From assembly GCA_019683615.1 (NCBI GenBank), contig JADGIC010000010.1, positions 7,149-31,148 on the forward strand: a stretch of 24,000 nt of DNA, written 5' to 3'. A program made the position numbers and the translations under genes. This DNA is from Alicyclobacillaceae bacterium (GTDB taxonomy: Bacteria > Bacillota > Bacilli > Alicyclobacillales > Alicyclobacillaceae). This document shows positions 15,829 to 24,000 of the stretch, piece after piece. Each line of letters begins with the position of its first letter. Positions within the stretch are counted from its first letter, which is position 1. A model generated the notes under the pieces. It had not been told where the DNA came from, ran no database searches, and saw nothing but the letters and a program-made list of their open reading frames with translations.

Positions 15829-17466
15829 TCAGACCGGTTCAGGCTCGGGCTCGCCCGACACCTCCGGCAGCGTGTACGGGCGATACGGCGTATCGGTCAC
15901 GACCGGGATCTCGTCGAAGTTGTGCTCAGGCGGCGGCGAGGACGTCTGCCACTCGAGCGTGCGCGCCTTCCACGGGTTCGGACCCACCTTCACCCCGTAC
16001 TTGGCGGACCACACGAGGTTCGCGACAATCACGATGGTCCCGACGCCCAGGATGTACGACCCAATCGTCGCAACATCGTTCCAGAACTGAAACTCCGGCG
16101 CGTAACCCGCGATCCGCCGGGGCATGCCCGCCAGACCGAGCAGGTGCATCGGGAAAAACGTCACCTGTGTGCCGATGAAGTACAGCCAAAAGCCCAGGTA
16201 TCCAAGCTTGTTGTTGTACATCCGGCCCGTCACCTTCGGGAACCAGTAGAACAGGCCCGCCATGATGCACATCACGGCGCCGCCGAACAGGACGTAATGG
16301 ATGTGCGCGACGACAAAGTACGTGTCATGCAGGTGCATGTCCAGGGGAACCATCGCCACGATGGTACCGCTGAATCCACCTATGATGAACGAGCCGATGA
16401 AGCCGAGCGAGGCAAACATCATCGGCACCTCGTACTCTACGGCGCCCCGCCACATGGTCGCCAGCCAGTTGAAGATCTTGACCGACGTCGGCACCGCGAT
16501 GACCAGCGACGAAATCATGAACGGGATGCCGGCGGACATGCTCATGCCGGCCACAAACATGTGGTGCGCCCACACGAAGAAGCCGAGAAAACCGATGGCG
16601 ACACTGGAATAGGCAATCGCGTGATAGCCGAAGATGGGCTTACGCGAGAACACCGGTATCACTTCAGAGATGATGCCGAACGCAGGCACAATCATGATGT
16701 ATACCGCCGGGTGCGAGTAGAACCAGAACAGGTGCTGGTACATCATCGGGTCGCCGCCCTGGCTGGCGTTGTAAAACACCGTGTGCCAATGGCGGTCGAG
16801 CAGGAGCGTCGTCACCGCACCCGCGAGCGCCGGGGTGGCAAACAGCTGCATCCAGGCTGTCACGAACGTGCTCCAAACGAACAGCGGCAAACGGTGGAAC
16901 GTCATCCCCGGTGCACGCATCCTCAGCACAGTGACGATGATGTTGATGGCGCCGAGAATGGATGACAGACCGACGACGTGAATCGCCATCACCCAAAAGT
17001 CGATACCCGGACCGGCGGAAGTCACGCTGTACGGCGGGTACGCCGTCCAACCCGCGTCAGGCATGCCGAAGATGATGCTGGCGAGCATGAACAGGCCGCC
17101 CAAGAAGTACAGCCAGAAACTCAACGCGTTCATCCGAGGGAACGCCATATCGCGCGCACCAATCTGAATCGGTACCAAGTAGTTCGCGAAGGCGCCCATC
17201 AGGAACGGGATGATCACCGCGAACACCATGATGGTCGCGTGCATGGTGTAAAACTCGTTGTACGTCTGCGCGGAGACGAAAGCCTCGTGCGGCGTCAGCA
17301 GTTCAGTCCGGACCAGCAGCGCGAACAGCCCGCCGACGAGGAAAAAGAAGATGCTCGTCACGCCGTACATGATGCCGATCTTCTTGTGATCGACCGTGAG
17401 CACCCAATCGCGGATAAACGACTTGGGCCTCGGCTCGACGTGCGGCTGCCGAAGCACAGCCTCCAT
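15829..17466 (-). CDS. ctaD: Haem-copper oxidase subunit I, A2-type
   Basis: DHKKIGIMY, FPRMNALSFW, WFYSHPAVYIMIVPAFG, HHMFVAGM, AVPTSVKIFNW and DTYFVVAHIHYVL are present. The helix-VI motif is YSHPAV rather than GHPEV. The probable start is ATG 17466 with GAGGTGA upstream. GTG 17475 is also possible. Confidence 0.93.
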   Translation of the reverse strand: MEAVLRQPHVEPRPKSFIRDWVLTVDHKKIGIMYGVTSIFFFLVGGLFALLVRTELLTPHEAFVSAQTYNEFYTMHATIMVFAVIIPFLMGAFANYLVPIQIGARDMAFPRMNALSFWLYFLGGLFMLASIIFGMPDAGWTAYPPYSVTSAGPGIDFWVMAIHVVGLSSILGAINIIVTVLRMRAPGMTFHRLPLFVWSTFVTAWMQLFATPALAGAVTTLLLDRHWHTVFYNASQGGDPMMYQHLFWFYSHPAVYIMIVPAFGIISEVIPVFSRKPIFGYHAIAYSSVAIGFLGFFVWAHHMFVAGMSMSAGIPFMISSLVIAVPTSVKIFNWLATMWRGAVEYEVPMMFASLGFIGSFIIGGFSGTIVAMVPLDMHLHDTYFVVAHIHYVLFGGAVMCIMAGLFYWFPKVTGRMYNNKLGYLGFWLYFIGTQVTFFPMHLLGLAGMPRRIAGYAPEFQFWNDVATIGSYILGVGTIVIVANLVWSAKYGVKVGPNPWKARTLEWQTSSPPPEHNFDEIPVVTDTPYRPYTLPEVSGEPEPEPV

Positions 17467-17502
17467 ACCCCTCACCTCGCGTTATCGTGTCATCCCCCGC
17501 CG

Positions 17503-18174
17503 TCAGGAGCCCGCCTTCTGTTTCTGTAACTGGGCGTTCAGCCAGCGGTTGAACTCGTCCTCAGAAACCACTTTCATGTACGCAACCATGGCCGGGTGGC
17601 CGGGTCCGCAGAACTGATCACACGGAACCGGGAACGTCTGGCCGATGCTGTCCGTCGAGGCGTTCATCCAAAATTGCGTACGGCGCCCCGGCAGCGCGTC
17701 CTGCTGGACACGCACTGCAGGTATGTAAAAGCCGTGAATGACATCCGCCGAAGTGATGTCGAACAACACGTTCTGGCCAGCCGGCACCTCGAAGGTGGTC
17801 TGCACGTCAACGCCGTTCGGGTACTTGAACTCCCAGTACCATTCGTGGCCGGTCACCTGAATGACGTACTTCTGCGCCGGCGGAACCTGCAGGGCGTACA
17901 CGTAGTGAATGCTGAAGGCGCCCATGAACACCAGGATGATTGCAGGCACGGCGGTCCAAATCGTCTCCAGCAGGTTGCTGCCGTGCACGTTGGCGCCGAC
18001 GCGGTTGGTCCGCGTCCGCCGGTACCGGATCAGGAAGGTGATGAGCAGCACTTCCACCAGCACGAAGAAGAACGTGACGATGCCCAACATGATGTAGAAC
18101 AACGTGTCCACGTCATGGGCCATCGGCGTCAGCTCGATGGGCAGCCAGCTTGTATGTGTCGCCTGATTCCCCAA
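17503..18174 (-). CDS. ctaC: Cytochrome c oxidase subunit II (CuA domain, no fused cytochrome c domain)
   Basis: Two N-terminal TM helices are followed by a cupredoxin domain carrying the CuA ligand set DVIHGFYIP ... CDQFCGPGHPAM. The probable start is TTG 18174 with an AGGAGG Shine-Dalgarno 7 nt upstream. The maximal ORF reaches GTG 18252, and ATG 18123 is also possible. Confidence 0.88.
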   Translation of the reverse strand: MGNQATHTSWLPIELTPMAHDVDTLFYIMLGIVTFFFVLVEVLLITFLIRYRRTRTNRVGANVHGSNLLETIWTAVPAIILVFMGAFSIHYVYALQVPPAQKYVIQVTGHEWYWEFKYPNGVDVQTTFEVPAGQNVLFDITSADVIHGFYIPAVRVQQDALPGRRTQFWMNASTDSIGQTFPVPCDQFCGPGHPAMVAYMKVVSEDEFNRWLNAQLQKQKAGS

Positions 18175-18448
18175 ACCACACCCTCCTCGTCCGAATCTCC
18201 CTGCGAAAAGATTTCGACGAGACCTCCGCCACAATCCCCGCCGATCCGTCACGCAACGGCAAGCGACCGACTGTCACTTGCCGTCTTTTCCGCGAGCGAT
18301 AGGTTTCCACAAGGCCGATGGAATCATTCCCTGTTGCGCCAAGGACTGCAGCGCGCAGCGAACCGGCGGCCACCCGACAGAGGCCCGCGTACAGTGTATC
18401 ACAGCCGCATTCTGGAACGTCAAGTGAACAACCAAGGTTTGGCATCCG

Positions 18449-19624
18449 CTAGGCGGTCTCCGTCACAATTCTTTCGCGATTCGACGCTCGTTGATACGCG
18501 TAGACAAGCCCGGTCGCGGACAGCGCCACGACAGCCATAAACACGAACGGAAGTGAGTGGTTCAGCTGAAACAGGTACGTCGCCAACACTGGGCCGATGA
18601 TGCGCGCCAAGCTGTCCATTGACGACAGCAAGCCGGACGCCAGGCCCTGGCCGACCGTCGTCTCTTTCGTCACGACTGACGTAAGAGTCGGCTTCAGCAC
18701 GGTGTTGCCGGCGCCGAACAACGTCATGAACACGGCCGCCGTCCAGAAGTTGACGGAAAGCAGGATGGTCAGCAGCCCCAGTCCGGACACCACCAACCCG
18801 GCGTACAGGGCGGGGATTTCCCGGCCGTGCTTGACGTACCTCTGTACCACCCCCCCTTGAATGGCCGCGCCCACCACACCGGAAATGAAAAACATGAAAC
18901 CGATGTCCCGGGCGCTCGCCCCGATTTTCGCGGCCTCAAAGTACTGGAAACAACCTTCCAGCGCCGCTATCGAGAACTGCGCCACAAAGTCCACCAGGTA
19001 CATGTACTTCAGACGCCCGGCGAACGCTGCCCAGCGCGATCCCGCCTGTTCCCCCAGCGCTGCCCGCCGTTCAGCGCTGACCGATTCTTTCAGCGCCAGG
19101 CCGCCCCACAGGGCGTTCAACAGCGCCAACCCTCCGGAGGCGAAAAACGGCACCTCAATCCCGTACTGGCTCAACAACCCGCCGATGAACGGACCGAAGA
19201 TAAACCCGGTTCCGATGGCCATACCCGCGAACGCCATGCCTTTCGTCCGGTCCTCAACCCCGGTCACGTCGGCGATGTACGCCATCGCGGTGGCCGTCAC
19301 CGCCCCGGAAAACCCGCCACCTATCACGCGGGCGACGTACATCAACCAGAGATGGTCTTTGCCGAGGCCGAACGTGATGAAGCTCAACGCGAAGCCGACC
19401 AGGCCGACGATTAAGACCGGTTTGCGGCCGACCCGGTCGGACAACCGTCCCCACCAAGGCGATATCACAAACGCCACCGCCGAATAGACAGCCAGCATCA
19501 GGCCGAGGTTCACCGGCTTGGCACCGACGTGCGACACCATCAGCGGCAGCACCGGGATGATCAAGCCGAAACCGATGAACACGGTCACCAACATCAAAAG
19601 GATCACGGACAGGCGCCTGAACAC
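18449..19624 (-). CDS. MFS transporter (DHA1-like, 12-TM drug/H+ antiporter type)
   Basis: It carries the MFS signature GRLSDRVGRKPVL between TM2 and TM3 and a repeated hydrophobic helix pattern. The probable start is GTG 19624 (MFRRLSVILL...) with an AGGGGGG Shine-Dalgarno 8 nt upstream. The maximal ORF reaches ATG 19693. Confidence 0.85.
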   Translation of the reverse strand: MFRRLSVILLMLVTVFIGFGLIIPVLPLMVSHVGAKPVNLGLMLAVYSAVAFVISPWWGRLSDRVGRKPVLIVGLVGFALSFITFGLGKDHLWLMYVARVIGGGFSGAVTATAMAYIADVTGVEDRTKGMAFAGMAIGTGFIFGPFIGGLLSQYGIEVPFFASGGLALLNALWGGLALKESVSAERRAALGEQAGSRWAAFAGRLKYMYLVDFVAQFSIAALEGCFQYFEAAKIGASARDIGFMFFISGVVGAAIQGGVVQRYVKHGREIPALYAGLVVSGLGLLTILLSVNFWTAAVFMTLFGAGNTVLKPTLTSVVTKETTVGQGLASGLLSSMDSLARIIGPVLATYLFQLNHSLPFVFMAVVALSATGLVYAYQRASNRERIVTETA

Positions 19625-19802
19625 GGCGACGACCCCCCTCACCAAGTCCACAGTCAAGCATACCACCGGCCGCCCTGCCCTCCAAACACGCATGCGTGAA
19701 CACAGTGTGTCAAGACGGCCCGCTGATTGTCCAGTGGCGGCGACGCCGCCGGCAGGGTATAATCAGCCACGGATCCGGCGAATGGACGAGGAGGCGGCAA
19801 CA

Positions 19803-20288
19803 ATGGAAGGCACGCCTGCAGGCCGCTGGACGGCGAAGGCGCGCAGTCGGCGCAACCGCTTGTGGATGATCGTGTCGTTGGTCGTCCTGGTCGGCATCGC
19901 CGCTTCCCTCTATGCGGCGATGCGGCAAATCGCGGCTCAGCGCGCCCGCGAACACAAGCAGTCCTTTTACCAGTACGTCGTCACCCACCACATCGGGTCG
20001 TTGCAGGAGATCGACGACGGGACGGGATTTGATCCGGTGTCGTACCTGCTGACCATCAACCACCCGCTGCCCGCCGACCAAGCGTTCGCGTTCGCGACCA
20101 ATCTGATGAAGCGGTACGTCCTGTTTGACCACGGCCAGCTCCTGTCCATCGTCTACAAGGACCCGCAGTCCGGGCGCCAGCGGCCGCTCGCCGACGTCCA
20201 CTACGACGACGACGCGCACGTGCTGTCCGTGACTGTCACGGACGCCTCGGGAAACGCCCGCCACTACGTCCGTCACGTCGATTGGTAG
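19803..20288 (+). CDS. Hypothetical membrane-anchored protein (161 aa; basic N-terminus, one TM helix, soluble C-domain)
   Basis: GC3-rich codon usage runs throughout. ATG 19803 has a GAGGAGG Shine-Dalgarno 8 nt upstream. The sequence is MEGTPAGRWTAKARSRRNRLWMIVSLVVLVGIAASLYAA... I recognise no family. Confidence 0.65.
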   Translation: MEGTPAGRWTAKARSRRNRLWMIVSLVVLVGIAASLYAAMRQIAAQRAREHKQSFYQYVVTHHIGSLQEIDDGTGFDPVSYLLTINHPLPADQAFAFATNLMKRYVLFDHGQLLSIVYKDPQSGRQRPLADVHYDDDAHVLSVTVTDASGNARHYVRHVDW

Positions 20289-20307
20289 CCGCCGGGCAAC
20301 GGACTCC

Positions 20308-20336
20308 TTGCAAACACCTGTCAAAGGTAGTAGAGT
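20308..20336 (+). promoter_or_regulatory. Candidate sigma-A promoter for aconitase
   Basis: TTGCAA (20308..20313), 17-nt spacer, TAGAGT (20331..20336). An inverted repeat TGTCA-N12-TGACA (20320..20341) overlaps the -10. It implies a 5' leader of about 300 nt. Confidence 0.5.
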
Positions 20337-20638
20337 GACAAAGGATTCGTTTCCGTTTACGACATTTGTTTGACAGTCAGCACGCGGATAACACCCGCCT
20401 GCGACACCGTTTACCAGCTCGGTGTCCCCGTCAGGACCCAACCCCGGTGTCGGGCCGTGATCACCTCGGCGACGCCCGGCCCCAAATCGACGCCGCCTTC
20501 CGCGCGCGGCCGGCCGTTCTCGCGGCGGAAGCCTACACCCAGCGGCACTCAGACGGGCCCCGTCCACCGGGAGACATACGCGGCACCCCGTTTTGTCCAG
20601 AGACACGGCGGTGGACCGCGAGAAAAGGAGTGGAGTGG

Positions 20639-23368
20639 ATGATGGCAAACCAGACGCGCGATCCGTTTTCGGCCCGGGCCTCGCTGGAAGCATCCGGAAG
20701 GACGTACACCTACTACCGCTTGCAAGCCCTCGAGGAACGCGGCGTCGCTCCCGTCTCCAAGTTGCCGTTCTCCATCAAGATCTTGTTGGAAGCGGTTCTG
20801 CGCCAGATGGACGGCCAAGTCATCACGGAGCAACACGTCACGGAACTGGCCAGGTGGAACGCCGCCTCGCCGCAGAAGTCGGAGGTGCCGTTCAAGCCCG
20901 CCCGCATCTTGCTGCAAGACTTCACGGGCGTGCCGGCGGTCGTCGACCTCGCTGCGATGCGCGCCGCCATGCAACGGCTGGGGGGAGATCCGAAGCGGAT
21001 CAATCCGTTGATCCCGGTTGACTTGGTCATCGATCACTCGGTGCAAGTTGACGCGTTCGGCTCGAGCGAGGCGTTGGCATACAACATCCAGCGGGAGTTT
21101 GAGCGCAACGAAGAACGTTACAAGTTCCTCCGCTGGGCGCAAAAGGCGTTCGACAACTTCCGCGTCGTCCCACCGGGGACTGGCATTGTCCACCAGGTTA
21201 ACCTGGAGTACTTGGCCAAGGTCGTCCAGCAAAAGCAAGTGGACGGCGAAACGGTCGTCTTCCCCGACTCGCTCGTCGGCACCGACTCCCACACCACGAT
21301 GATCAACGGCATTGGCGTACTCGGCTGGGGCGTGGGCGGCATCGAGGCGGAAGCGTGTATGCTTGGCCAGCCGCTGTACCAGCTGATGCCTGAGGTCGTT
21401 GGCTTCAAACTGACCGGCAAGCTGCCTGAAGGGTCAACGGCCACGGACCTCGCCTTGACGGTCACGAACATTCTCCGCAAGAAGGGCGTGGTTGGCAAGT
21501 TCGTCGAATTCTACGGGCCAGGGCTGTCGCATATCAGCGTCGCGGACCGCGCGACGGTCGCCAACATGGCGCCCGAGTACGGAGCCACCATGGGCTTTTT
21601 CCCGGTCGATGCGGAGACGCTCGAATACCTGCGGGCGACCGGTCGCAGCCCGGAACTTGTGGCTTTGGTGGAGGCGTACACCAAAGCGCAAGGGTTGTTC
21701 CGGACGGACAGCACACCGGATCCTGTGTTCACCGATACCGTCGAGCTGGATCTGTCCACGGTCGTGCCCACCTTGGCAGGTCCGAAGCGGCCGCAAGACC
21801 GCATCGAACTGACCGCCATGAAGCAGAACTTTGAGGAAGCCCTGAGCAAGCCGGTGGATAAAGGCGGCTTTGGGTTGACCGAAGAGCAGATCGCCAAGAC
21901 AGCAGTCGTTCGCCACCCTGACGGCAGTGAGTCGACAATGCGCACCGGTGCCATCGCCATTGCCGCCATCACGAGTTGTACCAATACCTCGAACCCGTCG
22001 GTGATGGTCGGCGCCGGGTTGGTTGCGAAGAAAGCCGTCGAACGGGGCCTGCGGGTGCCCAAATACGTGAAGACGAGCTTAGCGCCCGGTTCCCGCGTGG
22101 TACGCGAGTACTTGGCGAAGGCCGGCCTGATGGACGCGCTCTCCCAGCTCGGTTTCGACATTGTCGGCTACGGGTGCACTACCTGTATCGGGAACAGCGG
22201 CCCGCTGCCGGAGGAAGTGGCCGAAGCCATCCAGGACAACGACTTGTTGGTGGCGTCCGTCCTGTCCGGCAACCGCAACTTTGAGGGGCGCATTCACTCG
22301 CTGGTGCGCGCCAACTACCTGGCATCGCCGCCGCTGGTGATCGCCTACGCCATCGCCGGCACGGTGGACATCGACCTGGCGACGGAGCCCCTCGGTTTTG
22401 ATCAACACAATCAGCCGGTGTACCTGAAGGACATCTGGCCAAGCTCGACAGAAATTGAGGAAACCATGCAGAACGCGCTGAACCCGGAGCTGTTCCGGGC
22501 CCAGTACGAGCACGTGTTCACCGGCAACGAACGCTGGAACCACTTGGACACGCCGGAAGGGGACCTGTACGAGTTCGACCCGAACTCCACCTATATTCAG
22601 GAGCCGCCGTTCTTCGTCAAGTTGACGAAGGACCTGCCAGCAGCCCGGGATATCACCAATGCGCGGGTGCTCGCTTTGCTTGGCGATTCGGTCACAACCG
22701 ACCACATCTCGCCAGCCGGCAACATCGCGCCGAAGAGCCCGGCTGGCCAGTATCTGACGGAGCACGGCGTCAAGCCGGTCGACTTTAACTCGTACGGATC
22801 GCGCCGGGGCAATCACGAGGTGATGATGCGAGGCACGTTCGCCAATATCCGCATCCGCAACCAGGTGGCTCCGGGCACCGAAGGCGGCGTCACAACCTAC
22901 CTGCCCACCGGCGAAGTGATGCCGATATACGACGCGGCGATGAAATACCAGGAAACAGGCACCCCGCTGTTGGTCATTGCCGGCAAGGAGTACGGGACAG
23001 GCAGCTCGCGCGACTGGGCCGCCAAAGGAACCTACCTGCTCGGCGTCGCGGCGGTCATTGCCGAGAGCTTCGAGCGCATCCACCGCAGCAACTTGGTCGG
23101 CATGGGCGTGTTGCCGCTTCAATTCAAGCCTGGCGACAGCTGGCGCGAACTCGGCATCACCGGCCGGGAGACGTTCACGTTGACCGGCTTGGATGGCGAC
23201 ATTCAGCCTGGCCAGGACGTGCAAGTGGTGGCTGAACGCGAAGATGGCAGCCGCCTGACGTTTGCCGTTACGCTGCGCCTCGACAGCCACATCGAGGTGG
23301 AGTACTACCGGAACGGGGGTATTCTGCAGACCGTGTTGCGCGGCTTCTTGAGCGGTCTGACGGCCTGA
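20639..23368 (+). CDS. acnA: Aconitate hydratase A (aconitase/IRP family)
   Basis: The N-terminus [27 protein letters not shown]...[18 protein letters not shown] matches the B. subtilis CitB pattern. Also present are [67 protein letters not shown] and [15 protein letters not shown]. The length is 909 aa. A GGAG Shine-Dalgarno lies 8 nt before ATG 20639. The track ORF start at 20366 is read-through. Confidence 0.95.
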   Translation: MMANQTRDPFSARASLEASGRTYTYYRLQALEERGVAPVSKLPFSIKILLEAVLRQMDGQVITEQHVTELARWNAASPQKSEVPFKPARILLQDFTGVPAVVDLAAMRAAMQRLGGDPKRINPLIPVDLVIDHSVQVDAFGSSEALAYNIQREFERNEERYKFLRWAQKAFDNFRVVPPGTGIVHQVNLEYLAKVVQQKQVDGETVVFPDSLVGTDSHTTMINGIGVLGWGVGGIEAEACMLGQPLYQLMPEVVGFKLTGKLPEGSTATDLALTVTNILRKKGVVGKFVEFYGPGLSHISVADRATVANMAPEYGATMGFFPVDAETLEYLRATGRSPELVALVEAYTKAQGLFRTDSTPDPVFTDTVELDLSTVVPTLAGPKRPQDRIELTAMKQNFEEALSKPVDKGGFGLTEEQIAKTAVVRHPDGSESTMRTGAIAIAAITSCTNTSNPSVMVGAGLVAKKAVERGLRVPKYVKTSLAPGSRVVREYLAKAGLMDALSQLGFDIVGYGCTTCIGNSGPLPEEVAEAIQDNDLLVASVLSGNRNFEGRIHSLVRANYLASPPLVIAYAIAGTVDIDLATEPLGFDQHNQPVYLKDIWPSSTEIEETMQNALNPELFRAQYEHVFTGNERWNHLDTPEGDLYEFDPNSTYIQEPPFFVKLTKDLPAARDITNARVLALLGDSVTTDHISPAGNIAPKSPAGQYLTEHGVKPVDFNSYGSRRGNHEVMMRGTFANIRIRNQVAPGTEGGVTTYLPTGEVMPIYDAAMKYQETGTPLLVIAGKEYGTGSSRDWAAKGTYLLGVAAVIAESFERIHRSNLVGMGVLPLQFKPGDSWRELGITGRETFTLTGLDGDIQPGQDVQVVAEREDGSRLTFAVTLRLDSHIEVEYYRNGGILQTVLRGFLSGLTA

Positions 23369-23380
23369 CAACCAGGTCAG

Positions 23381-23428
23381 GGGCTGTCCCTGCCGCTGCC
23401 GCTTTGCGGCCTCTTGCAGGGACAGCCC
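23381..23428. terminator. Large hairpin between convergent acnA and the downstream minus-strand gene (probable bidirectional terminator)
   Basis: GGGCTGTCCCTG (23381..23392) and CAGGGACAGCCC (23417..23428) form a 12-bp perfect stem. The loop contains a nested GCCGC-ttt-GCGGC hairpin. Only a partial T-tract follows (TTGTACGTCTT). Confidence 0.6.
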
Positions 23429-23463
23429 TTGTACGTCTTCCAGTCGCGTCTGTTGTTCCCGCT

Positions 23464-24000
23464 CTAGCGTTGCCAATGAGCGAGCGCAAACTCGCCTTCG
23501 TCACTGCGCGCCAACACAAACACGTCGCCAGGCCCCGGGCGGTGCCAAATCAACTGCCAGCGACCGCCTTGGCCGGCCCGCACCTGGCCGATGCGCACGA
23601 GGTTTGCTGTGCTCCGCAAGTAATACCGCGAGCCGTCGTACACCACGTTGTGGTAGGGAATGGCGTAAACCGTGATCTCCCGTCCACGCCAAGGACTGGC
23701 GGCGTATACACCGATGTCTGACCCTTCGGCTCGCAGCCGAATCCGCGCCGTCTCCGGAAACCGCCGCGGCATGTTGATGGACTCCGTCTGCGGCGGATTC
23801 AGCGGGGACGCGCCACTTGCGCTCGCCCACGCTTTCCCGCGACTGCCACCCACCTCATTCTGAGCACTCCCGGCTGCGTTCTCCACGCGCCCGGAACGGG
23901 CGAGACCGGCCGCGTTGCCATAACGCGGTGTGGCGAACCCCGCAGCCCCTCCGGCATCGTTTGGCCCCGGGTTCACCACCTGGTTACAGCCCCCCAGCAT
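23464..24000 (-). CDS. Hypothetical protein, probable lipoprotein. The 5' end probably lies beyond the right edge.
   Basis: The ORF is open to the window edge. The first residues, ...LGGCNQ, resemble a lipobox. A Gly/Ala/Asn-rich low-complexity stretch follows, then a C-terminal domain (RLRAEGSDIGVYAASPWRGREITVYAIPYHNVVYDGSRYYLRS...). I recognise no family. Confidence 0.55.
   Translation of the reverse strand: MLGGCNQVVNPGPNDAGGAAGFATPRYGNAAGLARSGRVENAAGSAQNEVGGSRGKAWASASGASPLNPPQTESINMPRRFPETARIRLRAEGSDIGVYAASPWRGREITVYAIPYHNVVYDGSRYYLRSTANLVRIGQVRAGQGGRWQLIWHRPGPGDVFVLARSDEGEFALAHWQR

Noticed and set aside
18113-18445. A 110-aa minus-strand ORF starting 3 nt after the MFS stop, with a Cys-rich N-terminus (CSLDVPECGCDTLYAGLC).
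   Set aside because: Its third-position GC is clearly lower than in the real genes here. It has no Shine-Dalgarno, it spans the predicted cta promoter and leader, and it overlaps the ctaC start in another frame. It is most likely non-coding.
1-24000. A search for CRISPR repeats, IS/transposase or integrase genes, tRNA/rRNA genes, toxin-antitoxin pairs, restriction-modification or other defence modules, and large direct or inverted repeats.
   Set aside because: I found no periodic repeat-spacer structure, no recombinase-like ORF and no tRNA-like cloverleaf segment. Every sizeable ORF with coding-like composition is accounted for by housekeeping functions or by the few hypothetical genes listed.

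Overview
This is a GC-rich chromosomal window with Bacillota (Bacillus/Alicyclobacillus-like) gene content, and it is almost entirely core metabolism. Left to right: (1) the 5' end of a lipoprotein gene preceded by a SAM-I (S-box) riboswitch with an intrinsic terminator. (2) A divergent, apparently leaderless ArsR/SdpR-like regulator plus an SdpI-like membrane protein. (3) A minus-strand, translationally coupled histidine operon, hisZ-hisG-hisD::hisB-hisH-hisA-hisF-hisIE. (4) ispG. (5) A class I (FbaB/DhnA-type) fructose-bisphosphate aldolase. (6) A YjzC-like small protein. (7) Ornithine aminotransferase rocD. (8) A minus-strand haem-copper oxidase cluster, ctaC-ctaD-ctaA-ctaB, followed by a subunit III-like gene and a 37-codon membrane ORF that is too short for the ORF track. 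(9) An MFS transporter. (10) A small membrane-anchored hypothetical protein. (11) Aconitase. (12) The 3' part of a putative lipoprotein gene. I see no rRNA, tRNA, CRISPR array, transposase/integrase or defence-type gene, and I cannot support a claim that a novel multi-gene system is present. The features that deviate most from textbook organisation are: an in-frame HisD-IGPD (hisD::hisB) fusion joined by a 51-residue Ala/Pro/Gly linker, with further low-complexity insertions in HisA and HisIE; an A2-type (YSHPAV motif) oxidase with haem A/O synthesis genes inserted between subunits I and III, plus the unlisted small membrane ORF; and an unusually long structured leader with a 39-codon upstream ORF between the promoter and the S-box aptamer. 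Most long ORFs in the supplied track that overlap these genes, in antisense or in alternative frames, are high-GC artefacts. All homology calls come from recognising conserved motifs by eye. No database search was run.
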